Assembly (NCBI RefSeq): GCF_001194135.2
Contig: NC_068982.1
Span: 167,506,060 to 167,553,779, forward strand
Origin: Octopus bimaculoides
Taxonomy: Eukaryota
Reading direction: 5' to 3'
DNA: 47,720 nucleotides
Part shown: positions 34,191-47,457 of the stretch, piece after piece
Layout: each line of letters begins with the position of its first letter
Numbering within the stretch: position 1 is the first letter of the stretch
Notes under the pieces: model-generated
The model's input: only the letters and a program-made list of their open reading frames with translations
The model's database searches: none
What the model was told of the DNA's origin: nothing
Translations under genes and position numbers: made by a program

Positions 34191-36083
34191 GTGCATGTAT
34201 ATATACATATAAACATGCATATATTTACATACGTGCGCGCGTACATATAATATATCAGTATGTATGAGATATTCTTAATAAAAAAAAGTGAAAACTAGAA
34301 CATTGTCGTCTTTTCAATACGACGTGCATTTATATTTAAAAGTGAGCTTATGTTTTTGCCATCAGCAACCTATTTTCAACACATTCTTCATAGAAATGTA
34401 TTGTTAACGGGCATACCTCCATGTGTGTTATCTAGGATTGCAGAACTGCTAAAATTTCGTACATCCGATCTCATCCGACCTCATGTCAATACGTTTTCCT
34501 ACAAATACACATGTACATGCGTTTCTAAATGTGTAACATTGAAAACGACACAATCGCACATGTTGCCTTTCATTTATAATATGTATTGATATCAATGCCT
34601 CACCACACGAATAGCTTCGTCACGTGTTTGCCATCTAGACATTCATATAATACGTCGAGCAGATGGTAACATTTCAAAAAATATAAAACTTCGATAAAAT
34701 AAGACATGAAAATGATAATTCATTTTAACTTTTGTCTGATTGGTTGTAACGCTATCGATTGACAGTGAATTCGCTATTATACATCGGGCACCGATGTCAA
34801 GATCGAAATGGTTATAAATCATACCTTTCTTTACCCAAACCGTACCAAGTTGATTAGCTTCCATGCTGACCATTAGTCGTCATGTTCAACGTAAAGATAC
34901 ATCTCACATGACAAGCTAATCTTGTGGATGACAAGTGAAATATATCATGTTAAATTTTGGATTCACAATTCTTTTCAAACAAAGTATGAATTACGAATCG
35001 ACAGCTCGAAGATTTTCCACTCTCTCAAATAGTTTTGATGAGATAAGAAGATATCTGTGAAATTGGGGAAAAGGACAAGAGAAAAAAAAATCATGTTTGA
35101 GTGATATTTATACATGAGTCAATTAAGTTATGAACTAGGTATCATTACAAGATGAAAATTTACTCGTTTCTCGAAGAACTTTACTATCTGTGAAACTGCA
35201 ATATTTCCCCGTAGGATAGTAAAGTTGTCAAGAGAAACAATTAGGTTGTAAATCGCTTTACATTCTTTTAAAGGAATTAACCGGATGATTTCGCTCAACT
35301 ATTGAAGAGATTTACTGAAGACGATTGAATTTCTCAGTAAGTGTGAGACGATTACTGGGGTTTGGCTTACATCCGTTGGGGAAAGAAATCTATTGAAACT
35401 TAATAATACTTCGGTTGCTCCCGGTGACAAGTTGGCAGAAATATTTGACCACCGGATTAAATAAATTAATTTAAACAACCTTTTCTTTTCTTTTTTAACT
35501 TTATAATGATATGAATTCAAATCTTACCAGGTGAAATAAACGCAATTTGTGTAATGGGGACTGATCCATTCAACTATACTTCTTGTACAGAAATCTGTCT
35601 TATTTAGAGTGAAATGAGGCCAACACTATACATGTAGAGATAAACTTTTGGCAAGCTGAAACTAAATCGCAGCTTCAAATCTCCATTATTTACGTTGCAG
35701 ATGTATGAACATGTATATTTGTGCACGGTATTAGCATTCAATTGTGTGTATTTTCTTATTAAACAATGGAATATTCACGCGGTCTATACTATACTGCTTG
35801 TGTGAAAAGCGACTTTAGCAAATATTGTACATTGCGGCGATAAAATATATTCTTAAATACAAGCTCTTTTATCTAATGTAACTTCTATTTCATTTTCTGG
35901 AACTTTGAAAACCGAAAAATGTAGCTTATTTTATGAACACAGGAAAATAATTTTTCAGCCATTCATGAAATCGAGACACTTCATAAATGACATCAACACG
36001 CAAGCTCACCAACACAGACCTCTCTCAATAGAGAAGGTAAGGATAAGGGTCACATAATTTTAATATGCGTTCGGCTTTTGAGA

Positions 36084-36088
<5 letters not shown>

Positions 36089-36150
<62 letters not shown>

Positions 36151-37023
36151 NNNNNNNNNNNNNNNNNNNNNNNNNNNNNNNNNNNNNNNNNNNNNNNNNN
36201 NNNNNNNNNNNNNNNNNNNNNNNNNNNNNNNNNNNNNNNNNNNNNNNNNNNNNNNNNNNNNNNNNNNNNNNNNNNNNNNNNNNNNNNNNNNNNNNNNNNN
36301 NNNNNNNNNNNNNNNNNNNNNNNNNNNNNNNNNNNNNNNNNNNNNNNNNNNNNNNNNNNNNNNNNNNNNNNNNNNNNNNNNNNNNNNNNNNNNNNNNNNN
36401 NNNNNNNNNNNNNNNNNNNNNNNNNNNNNNNNNNNNNNNNNNNNNNNNNNNNNNNNNNNNNNNNNNNNNNNNNNNNNNNNNNNNNNNNNNNNNNNNNNNN
36501 NNNNNNNNNNNNNNNNNNNNNNNNNNNNNNNNNNNNNNNNNNNNNNNNNNNNNNNNNNNNNNNNNNNNNNNNNNNNNNNNNNNNNNNNNNNNNNNNNNNN
36601 NNNNNNNNNNNNNNNNNNNNNNNNNNNNNNNNNNNNNNNNNNNNNNNNNNNNNNNNNNNNNNNNNNNNNNNNNNNNNNNNNNNNNNNNNNNNNNNNNNNN
36701 NNNNNNNNNNNNNNNNNNNNNNNNNNNNNNNNNNNNNNNNNNNNNNNNNNNNNNNNNNNNNNNNNNNNNNNNNNNNNNNNNNNNNNNNNNNNNNNNNNNN
36801 NNNNNNNNNNNNNNNNNNNNNNNNNNNNNNNNNNNNNNNNNNNNNNNNNNNNNNNNNNNNNNNNNNNNNNNNNNNNNNNNNNNNNNNNNNNNNNNNNNNN
36901 NNNNNNNNNNNNNNNNNNNNNNNNNNNNNNNNNNNNNNNNNNNNNNNNNNNNNNNNNNNNNNNNNNNNNNNNNNNNNNNNNNNNNNNNNNNNNNNNNNNN
37001 NNNNNNNNNNNNNNNNNNNNNNN

Positions 37024-37078
<55 letters not shown>

Positions 37079-37080
37079 GA
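36089..37080. other. Largest assembly gap (N 36151-37023) between (CA)n and (AG)n. Other gaps: 6429-6438, 13086-13332, 13935-13944, 14735-15029, 16120-16435, 17773-18204, 18799-19207, 23990-24721, 27395-27606, 31651-32030, 33433-33512, 39298-39466
   Basis: N runs, most of them adjacent to simple repeats. Confidence 0.97.
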
Positions 37081-37204
37081 GAAAGATAGAGAAAGAGATA
37101 AAAAAAGAGAGATGTTAAGTGCTTTGGCTATGGGCAGTATAGCTTCGATTACAGAATAGAGCAAACTATTGATTTATTTTTACATTGGTGCAAGGCCATA
37201 AATC

Positions 37205-37330
37205 TGGATGTAATTGGGTATAGTCGTTTGAATCTAGACAACTACAAGGCTAGTATTTATTTTATCGACTCCGGAAAGATAAGAGTCAAAGTGTGTTCTA
37301 GTGCGATTTGAATTCAGAACGTAGAGACAA
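37205..37330 (-). mobile_element. Degraded SINE family B
   Basis: tttatcgactccggaaagataagagtcaaagt..gatttgaattcagaacgtag. Confidence 0.55.
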
Positions 37331-38456
37331 AACTAAATCTTAAAAGGTTACACAAATATCTGCACAAACATCTACCGATTCATTTTGTATGAGGAAAATA
37401 TTAGAAAAATATCTCTATACGACACCAAGAAGCGTAGTTCACAGGTCACAAGATATAACAAACATTCACCCATTCACTTCGTAACATCATATCACACGCT
37501 ATCTCTTCGTAAGCCACCTCAACGATTCACATCTCACACTTCACTCTCTCCCACCACTTCTCATGTCACAGAATATAACACACGATCAAGATTAGATATT
37601 AAGCTAAGATTAAGATTATCTGGATATAGTCTAAGAAGCTTTTCTTGGCTGTTTTTTGTTGTTTTTGTTTTTAACTTAATTTCGTTTCTAAATCGTGACA
37701 ATTTCACAACACCTCTAGTATATCAGGGGATTGAAGGTTGACACACATACATGTACACCTTCACGCACACGCATACGCACGCACGCGCACACACACACAC
37801 ACACACACACTTGCATTCGTATACACTCAAATAAATATATATTTACTCAGGCTCAAATGCACATGTACACACACATACACACACACTCACACACAAACTC
37901 ACTTTTAGGCAACACATACAAGCAAATGCTCATACAAAGAAATGCATAGACAGAGAAAAAGAATCGTGCACATAGTATAAATATTAATCTAGATACATAC
38001 ACACACATAATCACATACACACAACTGAAACATCAAAACACAGTTACGCATAGATCGAAAACTAGAGAAATAACATGCACACGCGCACATGTTTATGCAA
38101 ACACACTAACTCAGTGATACATAGTTCAATATACAACTACACAAACACAGATATCAACAAATACACTCTTATGTAAACGCACACATGCACGCATATAGAA
38201 ACATATACACGCATAGGTACAATATGTAATCACAAGTAGTGTATACTGGCAAATATTTATTTAATACGACGTTTCGATCGAATGTCTTTCATTTTCAAAA
38301 TGCACTCTTTAAACGTTGATGTTGACTAGATACTATCATATAACGTCATGGAATTTGAAAGTAGTTATGCTTTGTTGGTAAAGCTGTTATGATTCATGTA
38401 CTGTTTTCTGTGAAGAGCTGCTTTCTGTTTATACACATATGCCTTCACTGTTGGGA

Positions 38457-38602
38457 TTGTTGTCGCTGTTTAGTCCAATTGACCACCAGACCTTTTTTCT
38501 TTTTGCTGGTAGTGTCTCTAGGATTACATTTTCTTTCCATTTCTAAATATGGTCGGTGTGATATGAGATGTGGCTGCTTTTCTGGGAGGTCGATCGACCA
38601 TG
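38457..38602 (+). repeat. Family E two-block repeat
   Basis: ttgtcgctgtttagtcc..cagacc and gatgtggctgcttttctgggaggtcgatcgacc. Confidence 0.5.
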
Positions 38603-38609
38603 CTGGTTC

Positions 38610-38700
<91 letters not shown>

Positions 38701-38978
38701 AATGTACATGTCTTAAAGTACAGACTTTACACATATCAAGGAAACAAAGGACCCAATCTCGAGTTAATAACATACATGGTCCACAAAACAATAACTAAAA
38801 ATTTTTACATAATAAAATATATCAAAAATATTTCTCTTCCTCACTGAAAAGTACGGTTCCTTCACCTACCAATTCTAATTACGCTCATCAACAATCACAA
38901 ATTCAAGCTGAACTGCGTCTGTATTTATTATTTTCAAAGGAAGTGCATGAAAAAAAACATTATTACTACTACTCTTGG

Positions 38979-39485
38979 AAGGTAGCGGGCTGGCAGAATC
39001 GTTAGCACGCCGGGTGAAATGCTTATCGGCATTTCGTCTGCCGTTACGTTCTGAGTTCAAATTCCGCCGAGGTCGACTTTGCCTTTCATCCTTTCGGGGT
39101 CGATAAATTGAGTACCAGTTACGCGCTGGTGTCGATGTAATCGATTTAATCCCTTTGTCTGTCCTTGTTTGTCCCCTCCATGTTTAGCTCCTTATGGGCA
39201 ATAAAGAAATTAGAAACGTTAGCAGGCCGGGCTAAATGCATAGCGGTATTTCGTCTATCTTTACGTTCTGAATTCAAATTCCGCCGGGGTCGCCTTTNNN
39301 NNNNNNNNNNNNNNNNNNNNNNNNNNNNNNNNNNNNNNNNNNNNNNNNNNNNNNNNNNNNNNNNNNNNNNNNNNNNNNNNNNNNNNNNNNNNNNNNNNNN
39401 NNNNNNNNNNNNNNNNNNNNNNNNNNNNNNNNNNNNNNNNNNNNNNNNNNNNNNNNNNNNNNNNNNCTAGAATAGAAAAGATTAT
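38979..39485 (+). mobile_element. Dimeric SINE family B with one flanking TSD (N-gap inside the second monomer)
   Basis: Head ggtagcgggctggcagaatcgttagc, B-box gagttcaaattcc; junction aaagaaattagaaacgttagc; tactactcttgg at 38967-38978 and 39486-39497. Confidence 0.88.
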
Positions 39486-39497
39486 TACTACTCTTGG

Positions 39498-39630
39498 CTG
39501 AGTTCGAATTCTGCCCAGGTCAAATCTGCTTTTTACCCTTTCGGATCAAGTACTGCGGTCGGTTGATGGAATAGACTGACCGTATCCCCTCAAAATTGCC
39601 AGGCTTGTGCCTGAATCAGAAATAAATATT
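39498..39630 (+). mobile_element. Older degraded SINE family B remnant
   Basis: ctgagttcgaattctgcccaggtcaaatctgctttttaccctttcgg..ggcttgtgcctgaatcagaaa. Confidence 0.6.
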
Positions 39631-39844
39631 ATTATTTAAACAAATAAAAATAAAAAGCCCAAAAATAAAAGACACCAGGACAGGTAAGATTTGATCTTAC
39701 ATAAATAAAGGCTTTAAGGTAAAGGCCTTCATCAAAGAAAGAAGTGGTACAGGAGAGAGAGAGAGAGAGAGAGAGAGGAGCAAGGAATTGAGAGAAGGAA
39801 GAGAGGGTGTAAAATGAAAGACATTACAATGTGGTATGTAATAA

Positions 39845-40024
39845 TAAAGAGAAAGTTGTGGTGAAAGAGTACAGCAGGGTTCGTCACCATCCCCTGCCGG
39901 AGCCTCGTGGAGCTTTTAAGTGTTTTCGCTCAATAAACACTCACAACGCTCGGTCTGGGAATCGAAACCGCGATCCTATGACCGCGAGTCCGCTGCCCTA
40001 ACCACTGGGCCATTGCGTCTCCAC
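39845..40024 (-). mobile_element. tRNA-derived SINE family D
   Basis: Minus strand: ggagacgcaatggcccagtggttagggcagcggactcgcggtcataggatcgcggtttcgattccc, then a non-tRNA body. Confidence 0.8.
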
Positions 40025-40229
40025 AATCAAAGCAAGTATATGTATAAAATCAGTTATAGCGTGATATTTCGAAATGTTTCGTCTTACTGGTGAAACCCAG
40101 TGACATAACAAACGATGGACAGTTTGCGGAATAATTTCTTAGATGCTAAGACAAATACCATTTGTCAAGCAAAAACAAAACAAAAAACCCAAAACAAATT
40201 AAAATAACGATGACGTCACTAAGGAGATT

Positions 40230-40750
40230 GCGTAGTCACTTGACCACCCCAAAACGGTAGCCAAACCTTCTTCAAATCACAACCTATTATCTTTTTATCT
40301 TTTACTTGTTTCAGTCATTAGACTGCGGCCATACTGGGGTACCGACTAGCAGAATTTTTAGTCGGATGAATCGACCCCAGTACTTATTTTTTTAAAGCCT
40401 GGTGCATATTCCATCGATTCCTCTTTCCGAACCGCTGAATTAAGGGGACGTAAACACACCAACACCGGTTGTCAAGCAGTGGTGGACACACACACACACA
40501 CACACACACATAATATATATACGACAGGTTTCTTTCAGTTTCCGTCTACCAAATCCACTCACAAGGCTTTGGTCGGTCTTGTTAGTCTTTTAAATGAAAG
40601 GATGAATCAAATCATGTAGATCAACGTGCATTGCGTCATTAAAAAGAGAAAACAAGAAGAAAAAAAAATGAAAAGAAAAAGGATTGGTCATGGTGCAAAG
40701 GTTGTAAGTTTGTTGGATCAGGGTTGCTCTGGGGATAAACCACCACAACA
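40230..40750 (-). repeat. Family E two-block repeat interrupted by a SINE A fragment
   Basis: Block 1 at 40683-40750, block 2 at 40230-40280, SINE A between them. Confidence 0.5.
40288..40576 (-). mobile_element. SINE family A, 5'-truncated
   Basis: From the tail tttacttgtttcagtcattagactgcggcc to ccactcacaaggctttggtcgg. Confidence 0.88.
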
Positions 40751-41112
40751 ACAAATGAAATATTGACTGCTACAACTAAAAAGATTATATATGTAAAAAA
40801 CAAAAGCCAAAATGAAACAACAAAATCCTCAGTGATATGTTGCTGACATAACAATAGTATAGAAACAATCTGGAAACGAAGCCAAACAACAGGCATTGAC
40901 TATGGTGTAGAAGCTTGCTTCTTCACCAGAGCTTATGCTATGGAAATATTGCCAACTATCAAATAATTAATTGTAGTTATTAAATTAATTTAGTTGAATG
41001 TTATGTGAAAGTCATTTAAACAGGAACATTTTGAGTAGAACACTACCAAATATATGTCACATTGACATGGGGAAAACATGTGTATAAAAACATGTGCACA
41101 TATAGATATATT

Positions 41113-41277
41113 TGTTTATGTCCCGGTAACTTAGCGGTTCGGTATAAATGTCAGATAGAATAAGTACTAAACCATAAAAAAAATAAGTACTGGGGTCGGC
41201 TTGCTTGTCTAAACCCTTCACGTTAGTGCTCCAGCACGGCCGCAGTCCAATGAATGAAACAAGTGAATGATAAAAGA
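41113..41277 (+). mobile_element. SINE family A 3' half (a more degraded second tail follows at about 41355-41490)
   Basis: tcccggtaacttagcggttcgg..gtgctccagcacggccgcagtccaatgaatgaaac. Confidence 0.8.
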
Positions 41278-41302
41278 TATGTTTGTGTATTTGTGTGTGT
41301 GT

Positions 41303-41348
<46 letters not shown>

Positions 41349-42244
41349 CTATCACTATGTCTCGTAACTTAGCAATTAGAGACATGGAGATCGGTTAAAT
41401 ATGTACCAGATAAGTACTGGGGTAGATATGATCGAGTACACTCTTGATGAGATGCATTAGCATGACCATAATACAGCGACTAAAACCAGCCCCTACACTC
41501 AAAATTCATAGCTTAATGTAAAGACTGTCAATATGTCTATTGATGTAAAAGTTTCTAGTTGTCAGTAACTTTTGCTTTTTTATTCCCGTATATCGGATCT
41601 CGTCTAGTTTCCAGCCACATAGTGTAAAATGTTGATCTTTGATTTAGATACAAGACAACAAATTTATAAAGAGGAAATGTAGTCGATCACTTCGATCACA
41701 ATACTTGAAATGTACTTATGTTACTGGCCCCGACAAGAACAGATTTCAGGACAGTATCGGCAAGATATTTGCCTTACAGCTCTCTCTATTCCACCAATAC
41801 TGAATTATCATATAGTAAAGCTAAATATTGAGATCAAAAGATGAATGTATCAAAACTTGATGCATCACCCACCTTTTGATTCCGATATTTAGCTTTCACA
41901 GTACTTAGGTTTCGCTACTGCTTCATATCTCCCAATTCTGCATTAAACAGTTCGCTCAATCAGTCCTATTCAAAACTGGAGCCCTTTCCATACTCATAAT
42001 AATAATCTACATTATGGTTTAGAATTATAATTTTATACCTTATTAAGCTCATGGCTAAAAATTTAAATTGTTCTGATGTTTATAAATGTGTACTATTTAC
42101 ATATTTATACTACTTTTCATCTTCGATCGTCACCAGAGGTCTTATTCTTGGATGTGAACGCAGTACTGGACTGGATATGAACTCGGATTCTTTACTTCTA
42201 AACTTAGGTATAATAACGCTCTTTATGCACTATAGATAAATTAT

Positions 42245-45200
42245 TTATTGTTGGCTGGGAATTCTGATGAGCAGATTTCATTCTAATGAAACAGTCTCGT
42301 GTGCTTTGTTAAAACACCCGCACGGGGTATATTTTCGTCCATCTCAGGTTACATACTGCATTCGTAACCAGTTATGAGAGAAGTGGATAGGATACTGATA
42401 GAGATCTTGCCAAAATGGCTTATCACATTTCTTTGATTATCAGACAGGAACACATATTTTGATTAAACTCCATGTCTATATCTGTTGAGAATCTGATAAC
42501 CAGCTCAAAGTTCCTTCTCTACTACTTATATAAGACGTTATATTTCAAGCTGGTATTTCTATCAATCACTTCCGCTGATTACATACTCATCATATTTAAT
42601 ACACATATTAAACATCTGAGACGACATTGCTACTGCACACACAAGTATGCTAGATTGCATTGACAAGGCTGGTAGATGATTGACAAAGACTTATTCCGCA
42701 CTATCACATGCATGTTGCTTTGTTGCATATTTATACCTCTTCTGTCATTTTTACATCAAATTCAGCTTCTCTGAACAAGTACTGTTTACCACCTTTATTA
42801 AAGATCATACCAGGAATCCATCTTTTGCTATCTCTGCTTTTTCATATCTCCCGAACCCGCATTAAGTACTTTTCATAATCACGCTCTATTCAAAATAGGG
42901 ATCGCTAGAGCCCACCTCCCTTGCCCATCTTTTATCCACAACCGAATATCGACCGACCGTAGCGATATCTCACCATCTGGTAGACCTTGTAAAAGGACAT
43001 GTATTCACCCTCTTTCAACTATCTAATAAATAATTATAATAGCATTACATAAAATCGAAATCCTAGAAATGTAAAACTGTGATACTTTATCACATCAGAA
43101 AACGGGTAATTTTCTAAAATTAAACTTCAAGATAGAAGCCCAGAATAACGATACGTTGTCTGTGGCTCCTAATGGTGGAACTTTTGAAAGACGAAGAACC
43201 TCTAGCATCTACGAGTGGTCAACAGAACCGTACACTTTCTTGTAATTCAACCAGATCGTAACAATTCATTTTATGCTGCTGTAGCTGTGGCGACACAATT
43301 TCGTAGATAAAAACAGTTGCTCAATAGATTCTTAGACTTCTTTTTCAGCTGCTTTTTCAATTGTAATAATAATGTTGGCATTAGAGTGATCCCAGAGGAC
43401 TATTTTAATACAAGCTGTATGAAGTTTACACATGGTATTCTGACAAGCAACTGCTCAGTGTTCTTTGGCATGTGATTAGCTTTGCTCCTGGGTATTAATT
43501 TTGTTTCCGTCAATAACAACCAAATTCGTATATCGGCGTAGTTGATAAGATGTCAGATAAAGAGTTTTCTTGATTATTGTGGCCAATAATCAAATCACTT
43601 CACGGTACTTTCTTATCCAATAATTTTCCAGTGCCCTAGAGTACTGCTCCCTCTAAGCTGTGCGCGTGTACGCACACACATGCGCTTTGCAACCAGTGCG
43701 CAAAAGAAATTAATGTTAATTCACAAAAAAAAAGAAAAAAAAAAAGAAAAAAAAAAAAGCAGTGCACAAAAGTTTAGTTACCTAATAAAATACAATAATT
43801 CAAAATTATACGCATTGAAAATATCTTTGTGGCTTCTGATAATTATGATAATTAGAATACATAACAATAGAAGTAAGTTTGCATGTAGCTTTTATGCCTT
43901 GTTCATTTAGAAAAATAGTTACCTGATGACGAAATTCAAGAATATTCAGTCTTTTGTTCCTACTTAATAGCTGGTGGCGACTTCATATTTGGCAATGAAC
44001 GATATAAACTTTCTGTATTATTGTCATGATTTTACGAATTGTCATAAAAATGCATTTGCACAAGTATTCAGTACGGACACACTTTTGTCATAAGAAAGAT
44101 AACATTTGCTCGAAATAGGATTTTCAAGCATATTGACTACTTAAAATTAGGGAAAACGTTGCACTAGAATAATTTATCGTCGTTGATACTGTACATTTAG
44201 GTTGTGATGCAGCAGCTATGTTAAATTTTGATTTACGAGGGCAAGTCAGAAATTATCCGCATTTTCGCCATAACATATCTTTATTATTGTCACATTGCCT
44301 TCTGCTCATGCGTGCATATAGTTGGTACTATTGTGGTCACGTGATCGAGATTTGAGCCTGATCGCGCCATTTTTCTTTCTGGCTTTACAGTGTAAGCATG
44401 GCCGCTCCATTAGCAATGTGCACCAAAGAAGAACAAAAGAACAGTGATCTGATTTCTCTGGTCGAAAGGTGTGCCAGTTACTGAAATTCATCGGAGCCTT
44501 TTAGCACAGTTGGCTAATGGTTTCAATGGACTGAGCGGTCGTGTATAGGTGTGTGTTATCATGCAACAACAAAACTTTCTACAACAATAGGATTCAGCGT
44601 TTGGTGCGAATTGCTGACTTCAGTTTGTTGGTCAGCAAATTACTGTATCTTGCACTGTTGATCGTATACCCCTTTTCTAGATAGTCTTCCAGTATAGGCC
44701 TTTTTGAGTCCCCAAAATGGGTTAGCATCACCTTTTGCGCGGAAGACTGAGCCTCGAATTTCTTCGTCGCTGGCGATCCAGGATGTTTCCACTCCATACT
44801 CTGTCTTTTGGATTCTTCCTTATAATGATAGACCCACGTTTCATCTGTGACTATTCTGCTCAAAATGTTCTCGCCCTCATTGTTGTAGCGATGTAGTAAA
44901 CCTTGACAGACCTCAAGACGTTTGCGTTTGTGCTCTGCAGTAAGCTCTTTTGGCACCCATCTTGCACAGACTTTATGGAAGCCGAACACATCATGGATGA
45001 TTTTCAGCACCTGACACACCTTCCGACTAGAGAAATCGGATCACTGCTCTTTGTTCTTCTTTGGTGCACGGCGCGATCAGGCTCAAACTTCGATCACGTG
45101 ACCATAATAGTACCAACTATAACCACGCATGCGCAGAAGGCAGTGTGACAATAATTAAGATATGTTATGTCGAAAGTGCGGATAAATTTTGACTTCTCTT

Positions 45201-45770
45201 CGTAGTTATGTTATACTACAGTTCGCTAAAATATCTCTTTTCAACTCAATTTTCTCAAGAATTAAGCTACATCCTCCTGAAAAGAAACTTCTGTAATTGC
45301 TATCTTTGTGGCTTCACCTGATCGCCTCATCTTACATCCCAGAAATTTTTCATTTAATTTCGATCGGTTGCCTACTTTTGAGGACAAGTTTTATTACTGG
45401 CTCTATTTAGCTCTTGTTTAAGTGTTATTAGTTTACATTTTATATTTCTCTTCTTGATGTTTCTGAACATACATCTTTGCCTTCTTTTTCTGTTTTAATT
45501 GGTAAGAACTACAGATTTTAAACATTTGATCACCTCACGAGATGAGTAATCTCTTTTTTCTTTTTAGTTTTACAAATCCATGATGGTGTATCTTCCATCG
45601 TTTTATATATACTTGTTTCTTTACTGCCTCAAAAATGATTCTTAACCATTATATCAAGGGGATATAAAAGCATTTATTTACCAAAAGGCAGTTAATTCAT
45701 TACTTGTATATATGCTCTTCTTATATCGTTAAACAGTGTCAATATTAGCTCTGTGGGTTTCTTATTGATA
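42245..45770 (-). mobile_element. Ancient R4/Dong-like retrotransposon copy 3, interrupted by a mariner and other insertions
   Basis: Manual translation, colinear with copy 1: KKPTELILTLFNDIRRAYIQ (~45710-45766), MFRNIKKRNIKCKLITLKQELNRASN (45393-45470), ETKLIPRSKANHMPKN (~43460-43510), IWLNYKKVYGSVDHS*MLEVLRLSKVP (~43170-43250), ELVIRFSTDIDMEFNQNMC (~42450-42505), SEFPANNK (~42245-42270). Confidence 0.8.
44236..45202. mobile_element. Mariner derivative made of two inverted left ends, flanked by TA
   Basis: TA(44234-35)-cgagggcaagtcagaaattatccgca ... tgcggataaattttgacttctcttcg-TA(45203-04); transposase remnant ORF 44594-45019 (WVPKEL, DETWV) on the minus strand. Confidence 0.92.
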
Positions 45771-46609
45771 AGTTCAATAATGTTTGATGTGCAGCTGTGA
45801 TTTCAGGAACTAAACAACCATCGCTTATGTTTCATTGAAATACTTTTAAAATTGGTATTGTAACTCTGGCTCCTACTTTAAACTGCAGCAGCTGTAGGAA
45901 ATGGCCAGTCAACTGAAATAAGGACTGCTAATGGATAAAGCTAGTGTGTGGTCTCACATGGCATCATGGTTACTGCAAGCATTTCTGTTTTATTAGAAAT
46001 ATCAAGGCATATATATTTATACATATATAATGATTCTGAACACACATGCATACATACTCACACACATGAATATATGTTCACGTACACACACACGCGCGCG
46101 CGTCAATATCTGGTTATGCACATACATATATATATGTAGCTGAATTTGATTATATGCATATATTCACAAGATTCCCCATATTACATGCTGATACAAATGC
46201 AAGGGGATTTACGACTTCTTCGTCCATACAGCACAGATTGTCAGATTACAAAGAATGCCATCATAAGACTAACTCATAGCAACGTTCTGTTACTAATGTA
46301 ACTTGTTGCAAATAATTGCAGGTGATTAGAATTTATCATCGGCTCCTTTGAGGTAAAAGCTATACAGTTTCCTGAAAGGATTTTCTTCTATTGATGCATA
46401 TCCAATCGTGTTTTGCAATTTTTCTGTAATACTACCAGCTCGCTATTATGACGGTTTAGAATTCACGTAATAATAAAGGGGACATCTTTCTTTTGTTTGT
46501 AATATTGGATACAATACAGAAAGCGATAAAATTTTGCTTCTGTTTTTGGAATAATCCATCTCAATTATACATTTATACACTGATACTCATATACTCATGT
46601 ATATGTATA

Positions 46610-46611
<2 letters not shown>

Positions 46612-46675
<64 letters not shown>

Positions 46676-46725
46676 TATAGATAGATATATCTATGATAGA
46701 TAGATATATCTATAATACATACATA

Positions 46726-46800
<75 letters not shown>

Positions 46801-46812
46801 ACACACATATAT
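46612..46812. repeat. Compound (TCTA)n/(TAGA)/(CA)n microsatellite
   Basis: Direct reading. Confidence 0.9.
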
Positions 46813-46816
46813 ATAT

Positions 46817-46938
46817 AGGCGTGGCAGTGTGGTTAGAAGCTTGCTTTCCAGCAACATGGTTCTCGGTCAAGTTCTGCAGTATGACATCTTGAGCTAATGT
46901 CTTCTACTATAACTACGGGGCAACCAAAGCTTGTGAGT
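46817..46938 (+). mobile_element. SINE family A head fragment, degraded
   Basis: aggcgtggcagtgtggttagaagcttgctttcc..gtcttctactataac..caaccaaagcttgtgagt. Confidence 0.75.
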
Positions 46939-47245
46939 AAGGAATTACAGAATTAGGTCCGCTGATTTTGAGAATCAAATATTGATCGCTTTGCTAAAAA
47001 CTAACAACTGTAAGTGCAGTTGTTATGGGTTATTTCCCTTGAGTGTTTAAAAAGAATTAGTTATATGAGGTAGATATAAAGATCCCTTCCAGGGGCCGTA
47101 TTTTCGATTTTTTCAGCAATCTAAATATGTCATGAGGTTTCCAGACAGGAGTTCTACTCACGTGTCATCAAAATCAGTAAAACAATGTAGGAGGAGTTAG
47201 CTAACAAGGCCACAAACAAACACACACCGATTTCCCACATATGTA

Positions 47246-47280
<35 letters not shown>

Positions 47281-47457
47281 AACACATATATATACACACA
47301 CACACTCACACACACACGCACACACACACATATATATATGTATGTATATGTATACATACACATTATATATACATTTACATACACAAACATACACACACTC
47401 ACTCACTCACACACACACGTACAGCCCCACACACATATACATGTGTATATATATGTA

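Noticed and set aside
35299-35520. Short open frames on both strands in unique-looking sequence
   Set aside because: No motif, no convincing splice sites, and lengths expected by chance.
39950-40024. tRNA-like sequence on the minus strand
   Set aside because: A and B boxes are present but the T and acceptor stems do not pair and a SINE body follows; it is a SINE head, not a tRNA gene. The same applies to heads at 8110-8184 and 23344-23420.
42133-42225. Possible exon (caccag ... ttag|gtataa)
   Set aside because: No recognisable product; it lies next to the degraded R4 copy 3.
41850-42245. Possible continuation of R4 copy 3 (GKG-like motif near 41975)
   Set aside because: Similarity too patchy to support by eye.
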